From a virus: a stretch of 60,204 nucleotides of DNA. The translations under genes were made by a program, and so were the position numbers. Positions within the stretch are counted from its first letter, which is position 1, and the number at the start of each line of letters is the position of its first letter. Of the stretch, positions 52,595-60,204 are shown piece by piece. Where the stretch lies: positions 1 through 60,204 of the IMG/VR virus record IMGVR_UViG_3300036944_000689; one strand, 5' to 3'. Under the pieces are notes generated by a model. It was not told the DNA's origin and did no database searches. It was given only the letters and a program-made list of their open reading frames with translations.

Positions 52595-52636
52595 CCCCCA
52601 GTAGGGTTCGACCAACCCCATCCCAATCGGGAGACT
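52595..52636 (+). promoter_or_regulatory. Copy 5 of the bipartite late motif
   Basis: Exact 14-mer at 52595-52608, N18, then TCGGGAGACT (7/10 match). Confidence 0.45.
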
Positions 52637-52666
52637 TGGCGGCAAGACACCCCGAAAGGCTCACCG

Positions 52667-55060
52667 ATGTACGGCTACCAGCCACCGGCAGCGCGCCGTC
52701 TCGCGCAAACCCCTGAACAATACGCAGACGGCGGCCTGGTTGCGCGCATGAAAAGCGCCGATGCCGGGCCTGCTGCGTTTGGCTCGCGTGGCCTGAGCCA
52801 GTTGCGCGACATGGTGCCCAAGGTGGCCTCGATGGGCTACCCGCAGCAAGCCGCAGCGCCTGCTCCAGCCCCTGCCCCTGTATCCGACCCACGCGCATCC
52901 CAGTTGATGGCCATGATCCCGCAGATGGAGGCTATGGGGTTCAAGCAGAAGCCGCAGATGCTCGCCCGTGGTGGCATGGTGCGCGGACCCGGCACCGGCA
53001 CCAGCGACAGCATCGCCACCGAAGCCGAGCCCGGCACGTACATCATGCCCGCCGACTCCACGGCCGCAATCGGCCCGAGCGCGCTGGAGAAGATGGGCAC
53101 AGTCCCTGTGCGCCTGAGCGACGGCGAGTTTGAGTTTCCACCCGAACAGGTGATGGCCATTGGCGCTGCCGTGCTCAAGCTCATGAAAGACGCCACGCAC
53201 ACCCCTGTGAATGGTGAAGACGGCGGGCAGACTGACGCCGAAGTCGAGGATGACGACGACGATGAAAAAGGCGCCCGTGGCTTCAACCCGGCCGACCGCA
53301 TGGCCGAGATGCCCCAGATGTTCGCAGACGGTGGAATGGTGGACCCGAACCGCCCACGCAGCTTTGGAGATGCCGCAGCCGCTGCGCAAGATCCTGGTGT
53401 GACGCAGATTGGCGCAGGCTACCAGCCCGCCAATGGAACCATGAGCGTTGTCCCGGCGCAGCCTCGGCCAGCGCTCGGAGTGACCTCGACCCCCGTGCAA
53501 CCGTCTTCGACGCCCGTCAATGTGGCGAACCCAGCATGGCAGCGCATGGCGGCCGCGCCCAGCCCTGCAGCTCCCGCCCAGGCCCCCATGGGCTGGCAGG
53601 CCCGCCAGGATCAGCGCAGTCTGGAAGTGACCGCCAGTTCGATCATGGACAGCCCAGAGCGCCGCGCCGCGCAGCAACGATTGGGCACGATGCCAGCAGC
53701 CGGGTTCCAGCCGCGCCGGTATGCGGATGGCGGCATGGTCGAAGACGACCTGCAAAAGCGCCTGATGCAGATCCCATCAAGCGCCCCTGCTGGCTGGAAT
53801 GGCGGCGGAGCCAATTCTGGTGGTGCAACCGGCAGCTGGGAGGCGCCACAGGCCGCACCCGCCACGACGCAACCCGCTGGTGCCCTGACTCGCGCCGCAT
53901 CCATGTCTGCCCCCGCTCCCGCAGCTCAGGCCATGGGGACGTTGCCAAACAACGCTGTCACGCGCACCGGCAACAGCTACACCGGCCCCGCGAACATCAG
54001 CGGCGACATCACGGTAAACGGCCAGACGCCGGGCGGTGGCGCGATCAGCGCGCAGAACATGGGCGCAGCTGACTCCCTGGCGCGCCGTGGTGCTGCTGAC
54101 GCAATGGCCTCGATGCCGAATGCTCCGGCGCCAGTGCAGGCGCCTACCATTCGCACCAGCGCGAACGACTGGCAGGCGCGCAAGGACTTGGAGAACGCCG
54201 CCACATCGGCAGCGAGCATCACCAACAACGGCGGCCGGTTTGACCCGACAGGTGGCAAGAACCCCGCCGCTCTGGCCTACCGTGCCGCACTGGAAACCGA
54301 CAACGCCTTGCGCGCCAGCGCCCCGGGCCTCGCTCAGCAGGCCATGCGCGAACAAGGCGACACCCAGCGCGCAGGACTGCAGGTGACTGCCAGCGGCTTG
54401 AATGCAGCGGCCGACCGCCAAAACGCATTGGAGCGCACGCTGATTGGCGAGCGCGGCGCAAACGCGCGGGCCGGGCTGTCTGCTGCGGCGACGCTGGATG
54501 CGGCAAAGGTCAGGGCCGGAGCTGGTGCGAACAAGCCATTGAACGACGTGCAAAGCAAGGCGCTGCAGTTCGGCACGCGGATGCAGGCAGCAGGCTCTGT
54601 GCTGGATGGCCTTGCCTCCAAGGGTGTGGACCAGCCCGGCCTGATCAAGCGCGCCGCCGACGCCGTTGGCATGGGAGGCGCAGCAAACTGGACTCAGAGC
54701 GGCGAACAACAGCAGGTTGAACAAGCCCAACGCGATTTCATCAACGCCGTGCTGCGCCGCGAGTCTGGTGCTGCGATTGCTGACAGCGAGTTCTCCAACG
54801 CGCGCCAGCAGTATTTCCCGCAGGTTGGCGACAGCCCCGAGGTAATCGCCCAGAAGCGCAAGAACCGCGAGATTGCCACGGCTGGCGTCCTGGCAGAAGT
54901 GCCTGATAGCGAAACCCGTGTGAACCAGGTGATGGCCACAGCGAACGGGAACAGTCAGGCCCCGCAGGGCTTGCCATCGGGCATGTCCCGGCAAGTCGGA
55001 ACATCAGGCGGCCGCCCAGTCTACGAAGACGCGCAGGGCAATCGATTCATTGGAGGCTGA
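52667..55060 (+). CDS. Large Ala/Gly/Pro-rich virion (internal/ejection-like) protein, 797 aa
   Basis: Track ORF. Repeated (Y/F/L)A(D/R)GG(M/L)V motif four times. GPGTGTSDSI...SDGEFEFP segment. Confidence 0.7.
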   Translation: MYGYQPPAARRLAQTPEQYADGGLVARMKSADAGPAAFGSRGLSQLRDMVPKVASMGYPQQAAAPAPAPAPVSDPRASQLMAMIPQMEAMGFKQKPQMLARGGMVRGPGTGTSDSIATEAEPGTYIMPADSTAAIGPSALEKMGTVPVRLSDGEFEFPPEQVMAIGAAVLKLMKDATHTPVNGEDGGQTDAEVEDDDDDEKGARGFNPADRMAEMPQMFADGGMVDPNRPRSFGDAAAAAQDPGVTQIGAGYQPANGTMSVVPAQPRPALGVTSTPVQPSSTPVNVANPAWQRMAAAPSPAAPAQAPMGWQARQDQRSLEVTASSIMDSPERRAAQQRLGTMPAAGFQPRRYADGGMVEDDLQKRLMQIPSSAPAGWNGGGANSGGATGSWEAPQAAPATTQPAGALTRAASMSAPAPAAQAMGTLPNNAVTRTGNSYTGPANISGDITVNGQTPGGGAISAQNMGAADSLARRGAADAMASMPNAPAPVQAPTIRTSANDWQARKDLENAATSAASITNNGGRFDPTGGKNPAALAYRAALETDNALRASAPGLAQQAMREQGDTQRAGLQVTASGLNAAADRQNALERTLIGERGANARAGLSAAATLDAAKVRAGAGANKPLNDVQSKALQFGTRMQAAGSVLDGLASKGVDQPGLIKRAADAVGMGGAANWTQSGEQQQVEQAQRDFINAVLRRESGAAIADSEFSNARQQYFPQVGDSPEVIAQKRKNREIATAGVLAEVPDSETRVNQVMATANGNSQAPQGLPSGMSRQVGTSGGRPVYEDAQGNRFIGG

Positions 55061-55063
55061 CGC

Positions 55064-56818
55064 ATGGCACTGACCCCATTCACGGGCGAGCTTGACGCGC
55101 CTACGGCACCCGGTGGCAGCGCTCCGGCGACGCTGCAGCCATTCACGGGGCAGCTTGATGATGCGCCCGCACAGGCAGCGACTCAGCCACAGCGCTCATT
55201 AGGGAGCGAACTTGGCCGACAAGTGGGGTTGACCGCCCGGCACGCCATCACAGGTGTCGCAGCCATCCCTGCCATGGCAGCCGATGCCGTGGCAGGTGTT
55301 GCCAACAAAGGTTTGGATGTAGCCATGGGCGAGGGGCAAGGATTCCGATTCCCCAAGCAGGCCCAGGCGCTGGACAACGCATTGACCAAAGCCGGGCTGC
55401 CGCAGCCGGAGACCGCGCAAGAACGTGTGGTTGGCGACGCTACCTCTGCTCTGGCGAGCGGTGCAGGTGTGGTTGGGCTGGGGCAGGCGCTTGCAAAGGG
55501 CGCTGCCGCACCCGTGACCCGCGCCGTGGGCGAGACCTTGGCAAAAGGCCCAGGTGTGCAGTTAACCAGCGGCGCGACAAGCGCGGGCGCTGCGGGTGCA
55601 ACGCGCGAGGCTGGCGGAAGTGAAGCGGCTCAACTGGCGGCTGGAGTGGCAGGGGCCATCGCCCCCAGCGTGATGATGCCGCGCCGTGTTGTGACAGACA
55701 CCGGCCGACAGACCCGCGCAGCAGCGCAAAAGGCAGCCGAGCAGGGTTATGTGCTGCCACCGGCTGACCTGAGCCCGGGGCTGGTGAGTGAAGCCCTGTC
55801 CGGTTTCAGCGGCAAGATCAAGACCGCCCAGGTTGCCAGCGCGCGCAATCAGAATGTGTCCAACAGCCTGGCGCGCAAAGCTCTGGGCGTGGCGGATGAC
55901 GTGGATTTGAACGTGGACACGCTGGAGAACATCCGGCGCACTGCAGCTGGCGCCTATGCTCCAGTCGCTTCATCTGGTGTTGTCTCGCCTGGCAAGACCT
56001 ACTCCAGCGCCCTCGACAAGGCATTGAGCCCGTTCACCAGCCAGGGAAAGTCGTTCCCAGGCGCCCGCGTGCCAAAGGTGGTGGACGACATCAACGCGCT
56101 GAGGTCCGGCCAGTTCGACGCGGGCGACGGCCTGAACATGATCCGCACCATGCGCGAGAACGCGGATATTGCCTACCGTGCGGGTGAGGCCATGTCCGGC
56201 AAGGCGTACAAGCAGGCCGCCAGCGCCTTGGAAGATGCCATTGAAGACCATCTGAAAAGCCTTGGTCAGCCAGGCGGCGACTTGTTGAAGAACTTCCGTA
56301 ATGCCCGGCAGACCATTGCAAAGACCTACACGGTTCAGAACGCGCTCAATCCCCAGACTGGCAACGTCAACGCCGTGAAGCTGGCGGCGGATCTCGCCAA
56401 GGGCAAGCCGCTGACAGATGAGCTGCGCACGGTTGCCGAAGTAGGGCAGGCTTTCCCCAAGGCAACACAAGCGCTCAAGGAGGCGCCAAAGGCCACCAGC
56501 CCGCTCGATTGGTTCGGCGGCACTGCTGCAGCTGCAGGGACCGGAAACATTCTGCCGTTGGCTGCAGTCGCGGCAAGGCCTGCCGTCCGTGCGGGGCTGC
56601 TTTCGGCACCCATGCAGCGCCTGGCCATCCGCAATGCCGGGACCGAAGTCACACGGGTTCCCGAAGGTGCGGGCGCGATTGCCGCAGGACTGGCAAGCCG
56701 AGCCGGGCAAACCGAAGAACCCGCTCCTTACAGAAACAGGCTGCAGGCAGCCGCAGCGGCGCGCGAGGTGGGCGGGCGGGTGGTCCCAGTTCCTGGGGGA
56801 TTCGCCATCCAGCGCTGA
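55064..56818 (+). CDS. Large Ala-rich virion protein, 584 aa
   Basis: Track ORF starting 3 nt after the upstream stop. Confidence 0.7.
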   Translation: MALTPFTGELDAPTAPGGSAPATLQPFTGQLDDAPAQAATQPQRSLGSELGRQVGLTARHAITGVAAIPAMAADAVAGVANKGLDVAMGEGQGFRFPKQAQALDNALTKAGLPQPETAQERVVGDATSALASGAGVVGLGQALAKGAAAPVTRAVGETLAKGPGVQLTSGATSAGAAGATREAGGSEAAQLAAGVAGAIAPSVMMPRRVVTDTGRQTRAAAQKAAEQGYVLPPADLSPGLVSEALSGFSGKIKTAQVASARNQNVSNSLARKALGVADDVDLNVDTLENIRRTAAGAYAPVASSGVVSPGKTYSSALDKALSPFTSQGKSFPGARVPKVVDDINALRSGQFDAGDGLNMIRTMRENADIAYRAGEAMSGKAYKQAASALEDAIEDHLKSLGQPGGDLLKNFRNARQTIAKTYTVQNALNPQTGNVNAVKLAADLAKGKPLTDELRTVAEVGQAFPKATQALKEAPKATSPLDWFGGTAAAAGTGNILPLAAVAARPAVRAGLLSAPMQRLAIRNAGTEVTRVPEGAGAIAAGLASRAGQTEEPAPYRNRLQAAAAAREVGGRVVPVPGGFAIQR

Positions 56819-56836
56819 TGCTGCTACATTTCGGCA

Positions 56837-57076
56837 ATGACGAAGCGATACCAACCGCCGATGAGCCTGCGCGAGTCGGAAAACCTGCTGAGCAGTGCTG
56901 AAAACTGGGAGGCGACCAAGCGCGGGTGGGTTGCCGATTTCGGCATTCTGGCCCTGGTGCTGGGCGCGATTGCGGTTGGCACACTGCTTTTCTTCGGCTT
57001 GGCCGCTGTCGCCGGTTCCGTTGTCGCGGTCATCGTCACCGTGGTGGCGGTGCTGTACTGGCACGACCGCAAGTAG
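56837..57076 (+). CDS. Small membrane protein, 79 aa
   Basis: Two hydrophobic helices (FGILALVLGAIAVGTLLFFGLAAVAGSVVAVIVTVVAVLYW). Confidence 0.55.
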   Translation: MTKRYQPPMSLRESENLLSSAENWEATKRGWVADFGILALVLGAIAVGTLLFFGLAAVAGSVVAVIVTVVAVLYWHDRK

Positions 57077-57095
57077 TTTCAGCCGCATCAACACA

Positions 57096-57118
57096 GGCCC
57101 GCTTCGGCGGGCTTTTTT
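57096..57118 (+). terminator. Intrinsic terminator
   Basis: GGCCCGC-TTCG-GCGGGCT followed by TTTTTT. Confidence 0.85.
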
Positions 57119-57122
57119 GCGC

Positions 57123-57164
57123 CCCCCAGTAGGGTTCGCTCCTTTCCCCCATCCCCGGAACACT
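57123..57164 (+). promoter_or_regulatory. Copy 6 of the bipartite late motif, heading the tail genes
   Basis: Exact 14-mer at 57123-57136, N18, exact CCGGAACACT at 57155-57164. Lies directly after the terminator. Confidence 0.55.
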
Positions 57165-57196
57165 GCAAGCCATCCACCTTGCAGGAGCCTCCGGCT

Positions 57197-58003
57197 ATGG
57201 CCAATACCGCATACCCCAAGGGGGCTCAGAAGATTCTGGGCGCCTCGATTGACTTCATCGACGACACCATCAAGGCGTGTCTGCTGCCCAACACCTACAC
57301 ATTCAGCACCGCGCATGAATTCGTGGCTGATCTTGGCACGCGCATCGGCACCGACCAGACGCTGGCGAGCAAGTCGATTACCGGGGGCGTGCTGGATGCC
57401 GACAACCTGGACTACGGCGCTCTGGCCCCTGGCAGCACGGTAAAGGCACTGGTGATCTACAAGGACACCGGGAACACCTCGACGGCTCCAGTCCTGTTCT
57501 ATTTCGACACCGTGGCCGGGTTCCCCTTTGCCACGAATGGCGGTGCGCTGACCATCCCCTGGGATGACGGCGTCAAGAAGATCGCCCGCATCACCACGCC
57601 GTTCTATCCCTTGGGCGCGCAGAAGGTGCTGGCAGGCGAGATCAATTTCAGCTCGGACACGCTCAAGGTCGTGGCCTTGCCGACCAGCTACGTTTACGAC
57701 GGCGCCCACGAATTCCTGGATGACATCGCGGCGGTAATTGGCACGGCGCAGACGCTGACCAGCAAGACCATTGCGGACGGTGTGTTTGATGCCGCCGACC
57801 CCAGTTTTGGCGCCATCGCATCGGGTTCGACCATCGGATCGCTGTTGATCTACAAGGACACCGGCACGGCGGGCACTTCGCCTCTCCTGCTGCGCCTGAC
57901 TGCTGACAACGCCGTTGGCCTGCCGCTGTCCACGAATGGCTTTGCCATCTCGCACCAGTGGCCTAACGGCTCCGCAAAGATTTTCAGCCTGATCCCGGCG
58001 TAA
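57197..58003 (+). CDS. Tail-module protein built from two tandem homologous halves, 268 aa
   Basis: SD GCAGGAGCC. YPKGAQKILGASIDFIDDTIK... and YPLGAQKVLAGEINFSSDTLK... align along about 130 aa each. Confidence 0.7.
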   Translation: MANTAYPKGAQKILGASIDFIDDTIKACLLPNTYTFSTAHEFVADLGTRIGTDQTLASKSITGGVLDADNLDYGALAPGSTVKALVIYKDTGNTSTAPVLFYFDTVAGFPFATNGGALTIPWDDGVKKIARITTPFYPLGAQKVLAGEINFSSDTLKVVALPTSYVYDGAHEFLDDIAAVIGTAQTLTSKTIADGVFDAADPSFGAIASGSTIGSLLIYKDTGTAGTSPLLLRLTADNAVGLPLSTNGFAISHQWPNGSAKIFSLIPA

Positions 58004-58013
58004 GGGCGCAGCC

Positions 58014-59057
58014 ATGATCGAGCGCTTTAGCAACAACGCAGTGGGCAGGCTGTCGGCCAGCATTGACGACACCGACACCACCATCACGCTGATTGACGAC
58101 GACGGCGCTGCGCAATTCGCAGTGCCTGGGGCTGGTGAGTTCCAGCGCGCCACGCTGTATTCGCGGGACGCGCCCGGCCTGTACGAGATTGTGCACATCA
58201 CGGACAACAACCGGCCGGATTTCACGGTCTTACGCGGGCAAGAGGGCACCGTGGCGCAGTCGTGGGCCAGCGGCGCCAATATGGCGGCCCGGGTGACGGC
58301 CGACATGCTGGGCGGGTTCCTGTTCCAAGACGAAAACGGCGTGATTCGCACGCTGCCAGGGCGCCCATCGGGCTCTTTTGTGGTCAACGGCCGGGCCAGC
58401 GCGGGGCAGGTGCAGCTTTCGGGCTATCACGTGCTTTCTCTCATCAGCGCGGCTCCCGCCACAAGCGCTGGCGCGTTGATGCTGCAGGACCGAAACATGA
58501 CGCGGGAATCTGTAGGGGGCACCATACTGGTGGACCTGGGCGACGATGTGCCCACTTGGACCTCTGGCTCTTTGTATTCTGCATACAGCATCGTGAAGCC
58601 GCCGACACCAGACGGCTACATGTACCTTTTCGAGGCTGCAGACGGATCCAGCGACTCGCAAACCACAACCACGCCAGCGTTTACCGGCGACGAGTTCACC
58701 TGTGACGCATTGAACGGATCGACGGTGGTAGGCCAGTGGGTGCCTATTCCTGATCCCGTGGCGTTCGAGCTGATCTTGGGCAGTGAGAACCTTGTGGTCA
58801 CGGAGGTGGGCTTTATCTGCACATCATCGACGGCAACCACAACGCCTGTCGTATCCATTGGTACGGATGCCAACACCACGCGCTTTGCCAGCTCAGCTTC
58901 GCTGTCGCAGATTGCGGGCGCTGGCGATGTGCACCGCATCCCGGTTTCGACTGGCGGTGCCACGGCCGACCGGCTGGCCTTCACGCTGGTGACACCGGCT
59001 GAGGGCCGATTCGTCGGGCGCTTCTATTGGCGCGGCTTTTTCGTGCAGCTGAGCTGA
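58014..59057 (+). CDS. Tail-module protein, 347 aa
   Basis: Track ORF. The call rests on position. Confidence 0.65.
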   Translation: MIERFSNNAVGRLSASIDDTDTTITLIDDDGAAQFAVPGAGEFQRATLYSRDAPGLYEIVHITDNNRPDFTVLRGQEGTVAQSWASGANMAARVTADMLGGFLFQDENGVIRTLPGRPSGSFVVNGRASAGQVQLSGYHVLSLISAAPATSAGALMLQDRNMTRESVGGTILVDLGDDVPTWTSGSLYSAYSIVKPPTPDGYMYLFEAADGSSDSQTTTTPAFTGDEFTCDALNGSTVVGQWVPIPDPVAFELILGSENLVVTEVGFICTSSTATTTPVVSIGTDANTTRFASSASLSQIAGAGDVHRIPVSTGGATADRLAFTLVTPAEGRFVGRFYWRGFFVQLS

Positions 59058-59064
59058 CGCGCCG

Positions 59065-59748
59065 ATGTCGTATCCACTGATCAACGGCGCCGAGATCAAC
59101 GGCACCGATGAAGACGTCACCGAAGGCCTGGACCTGGTTACGGCCGGGCTGGGCATCTTGACGGTGACCACTTTGGGTGTTTCTGCCACGCCGATGGAGC
59201 TGGGCGCCGTGACGGGTCAAGTGGGTGTTGATGTTGCGGCCACGCCATGGGGCATTGAGATGGTGCGCGCTGGCGTTGGCGTGATTACCGCCGCGCAGCC
59301 CGACCCTGATGTCGTTTTGCTGGGGGTGAGTGCCAGGCCGTTGGAGCTGGGCGCGCCCGCATCGTCTGGGCAGGTGACGCTGACCGGCGCCAGTGCTGCG
59401 CCGATGCAGTTGGGCAACATCGTGGCCGGGGCGGTGATTCTGGGTGTGTCCGCCGAGCCTTTGGAGTTTGGCGACATGGGCACGGCCGCAGTGCTGATAA
59501 CCGGCGCCAGCGCCTACCCATTTGAGATTGGCGCCCCGACATCGGGCTTTGCCGCTGCCGTGACCGGCATGGACTTAGCCACGTTCGGCGTTGGCCGGGT
59601 GGTGATGGACGCCATGGTTATTCAAGGCACAAGCGCCTACCCGCTTCAACTTGGCGACACCGGCAACCCTGGCACCGTCATGCGCGGGCGCCCAGCATTC
59701 CCGATGCAGCTTGGTAAGCCATCCATCAGCCGAGGTGCTACATGCTGA
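59065..59748 (+). CDS. Tail-module protein with about nine tandem repeats of a G-x-S-A-x-P-x-x-L-G motif, 227 aa
   Basis: LGVSATPMELGA, LGVSARPLELGA, TGASAAPMQLGN, LGVSAEPLEFGD, TGASAYPFEIGA, QGTSAYPLQLGD, RGRPAFPMQLGK and others. Confidence 0.65.
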   Translation: MSYPLINGAEINGTDEDVTEGLDLVTAGLGILTVTTLGVSATPMELGAVTGQVGVDVAATPWGIEMVRAGVGVITAAQPDPDVVLLGVSARPLELGAPASSGQVTLTGASAAPMQLGNIVAGAVILGVSAEPLEFGDMGTAAVLITGASAYPFEIGAPTSGFAAAVTGMDLATFGVGRVVMDAMVIQGTSAYPLQLGDTGNPGTVMRGRPAFPMQLGKPSISRGATC

Positions 59749-60204
59749 CCTTTGAGGCTTTCACGGGCATCAACAACGTCCTTCCTGCGCATCGGTTGAC
59801 AGGGGCGGACCTGATCGCGGCTACTGACGTGAATATTGGCCTGACCGGAGAAATCTCGCGCCGGGCCGGGTTCACCGAGGCCAGCGACACATGCCACAAG
59901 AACGTGCACAACGCGCAGGGCTACCCGTCCACGGGGTTCCAGCTGGCCACCACGGGGGGCGAATTGATCGCCACACATCCGAGCGGCGCGCAGCACGTGA
60001 TTCACCCCGCGCTGGGTCCTGGCCGCGTGTGGTACTGCGACTTGCCAGACGGCCGAACCACGTACACAAACGGCCTGATTGACGGCGTGACCGACGGGCT
60101 CACCGGCCGTGACCGCAGCGTTCCCGCGCCTGCTTCCCTGGGTGTGCCCGGAGAGGCATTCGGCGGGCTGTTCCCTGGCTCCTACCGCTACCACCTGACG
60201 CATG
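59742..60204 (+). CDS. N-terminal part of the junction-spanning virion/tail protein (continues at 128 after removal of the overlap)
   Basis: ATG 59742 overlaps the upstream stop (ATGCTGA). The frame stays open to the window end and is in phase with 1..843. Absent from the track because it has no stop. Confidence 0.65.
   Translation, partial: MLTFEAFTGINNVLPAHRLTGADLIAATDVNIGLTGEISRRAGFTEASDTCHKNVHNAQGYPSTGFQLATTGGELIATHPSGAQHVIHPALGPGRVWYCDLPDGRTTYTNGLIDGVTDGLTGRDRSVPAPASLGVPGEAFGGLFPGSYRYHLTH
60078..60204. repeat. Second copy of the 127-bp terminal overlap
   Basis: Identical to 1-127. Confidence 0.95.

Noticed and set aside
49878-54994. Minus-strand ORFs 49878..50993, 52661..53755 and 53777..54994
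   Set aside because: They are antisense to the capsid and virion protein genes. There is no SD, and they are Arg/His/Gly-rich.
55970-58387. 805-aa minus-strand ORF, the longest in the track
   Set aside because: It runs antisense to four well-supported plus-strand genes and straight through an intrinsic terminator and a late-motif gap. Its composition is Arg/Gly/Ala-rich and low in complexity with no SD. This is typical of stop-free antisense frames in GC-rich DNA.
1-60204. Diversity-generating retroelement, retron or CRISPR-Cas content (looked for because of the repeats and structured RNAs)
   Set aside because: No reverse-transcriptase-like ORF (no YxDD motif seen), no Cas-like genes and no repeat-spacer array were seen anywhere in the window.

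Overview
The window is a complete, circularly closed genome of a GC-rich temperate tailed phage. Bases 1-127 are identical to 60078-60204, so the unique length is 60077 bp, and the overlap sits inside an ORF that reads through in frame. Clockwise organisation is as follows. A tail and virion module on the plus strand runs from 57197 across the junction to 10829; it includes two collagen-like (Gly-X-Y) fibre proteins, one with a beta-helix C-terminus. A lysis cassette follows at 10870-12915, with a SAR-type GH24 endolysin, embedded Rz/Rz1-type spanins and extra small membrane and lipoprotein genes. Next come a DUF2829 (Tad2-like) gene and a low-GC minus-strand moron encoding a FimT/GspH-like minor pilin plus a membrane protein. 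A tyrosine integrase, a repeat-rich attP-like region and a PrtN/Xis-like gene follow. A long leftward early operon (about 16.8-31.2 kb) carries an orphan C5 DNA methyltransferase, a DUF551 protein, a Gp157-like protein, SSB, a Rad52/ERF-like annealase, an HNH-AP2 endonuclease and many small unknown ORFs. The immunity region (31.2-33.6 kb) is bounded by two identical 39-bp promoter-operator modules in inverted orientation. It holds a CI-like repressor with no S24 peptidase domain, a PemK/MazF-like toxin, and a gene preceded by a consensus LexA box. The rightward early operon carries Cro-like and CII-like genes, a replication initiator with internal iterons, a primase-helicase, RusA, DUF1367 and YbcO-like genes, and winged-helix proteins. 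Then come two tRNAs plus one aberrant tRNA-like element, and the head module: TerS, TerL, portal, an RyR-domain protein, scaffold and major capsid. Four signals are not explained by ordinary annotation. First, a six-copy bipartite motif (CCCCCAGTAGGGTT, then 18-19 nt, then CCGGAACACT) heads each block of late genes. Second, at least five promoter-like hexamers lie 6-7 nt from an ATG that has no Shine-Dalgarno, and the phage also carries an initiator-like tRNA-Met. Third, the early operons are punctuated by intrinsic terminators, yet no antiterminator is recognisable. Fourth, the leftward operon contains long gaps that look like structured non-coding RNA. Long antisense ORFs in the track are treated as GC-rich artefacts. 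All functional calls rest on motif recognition by eye. No database search was run.
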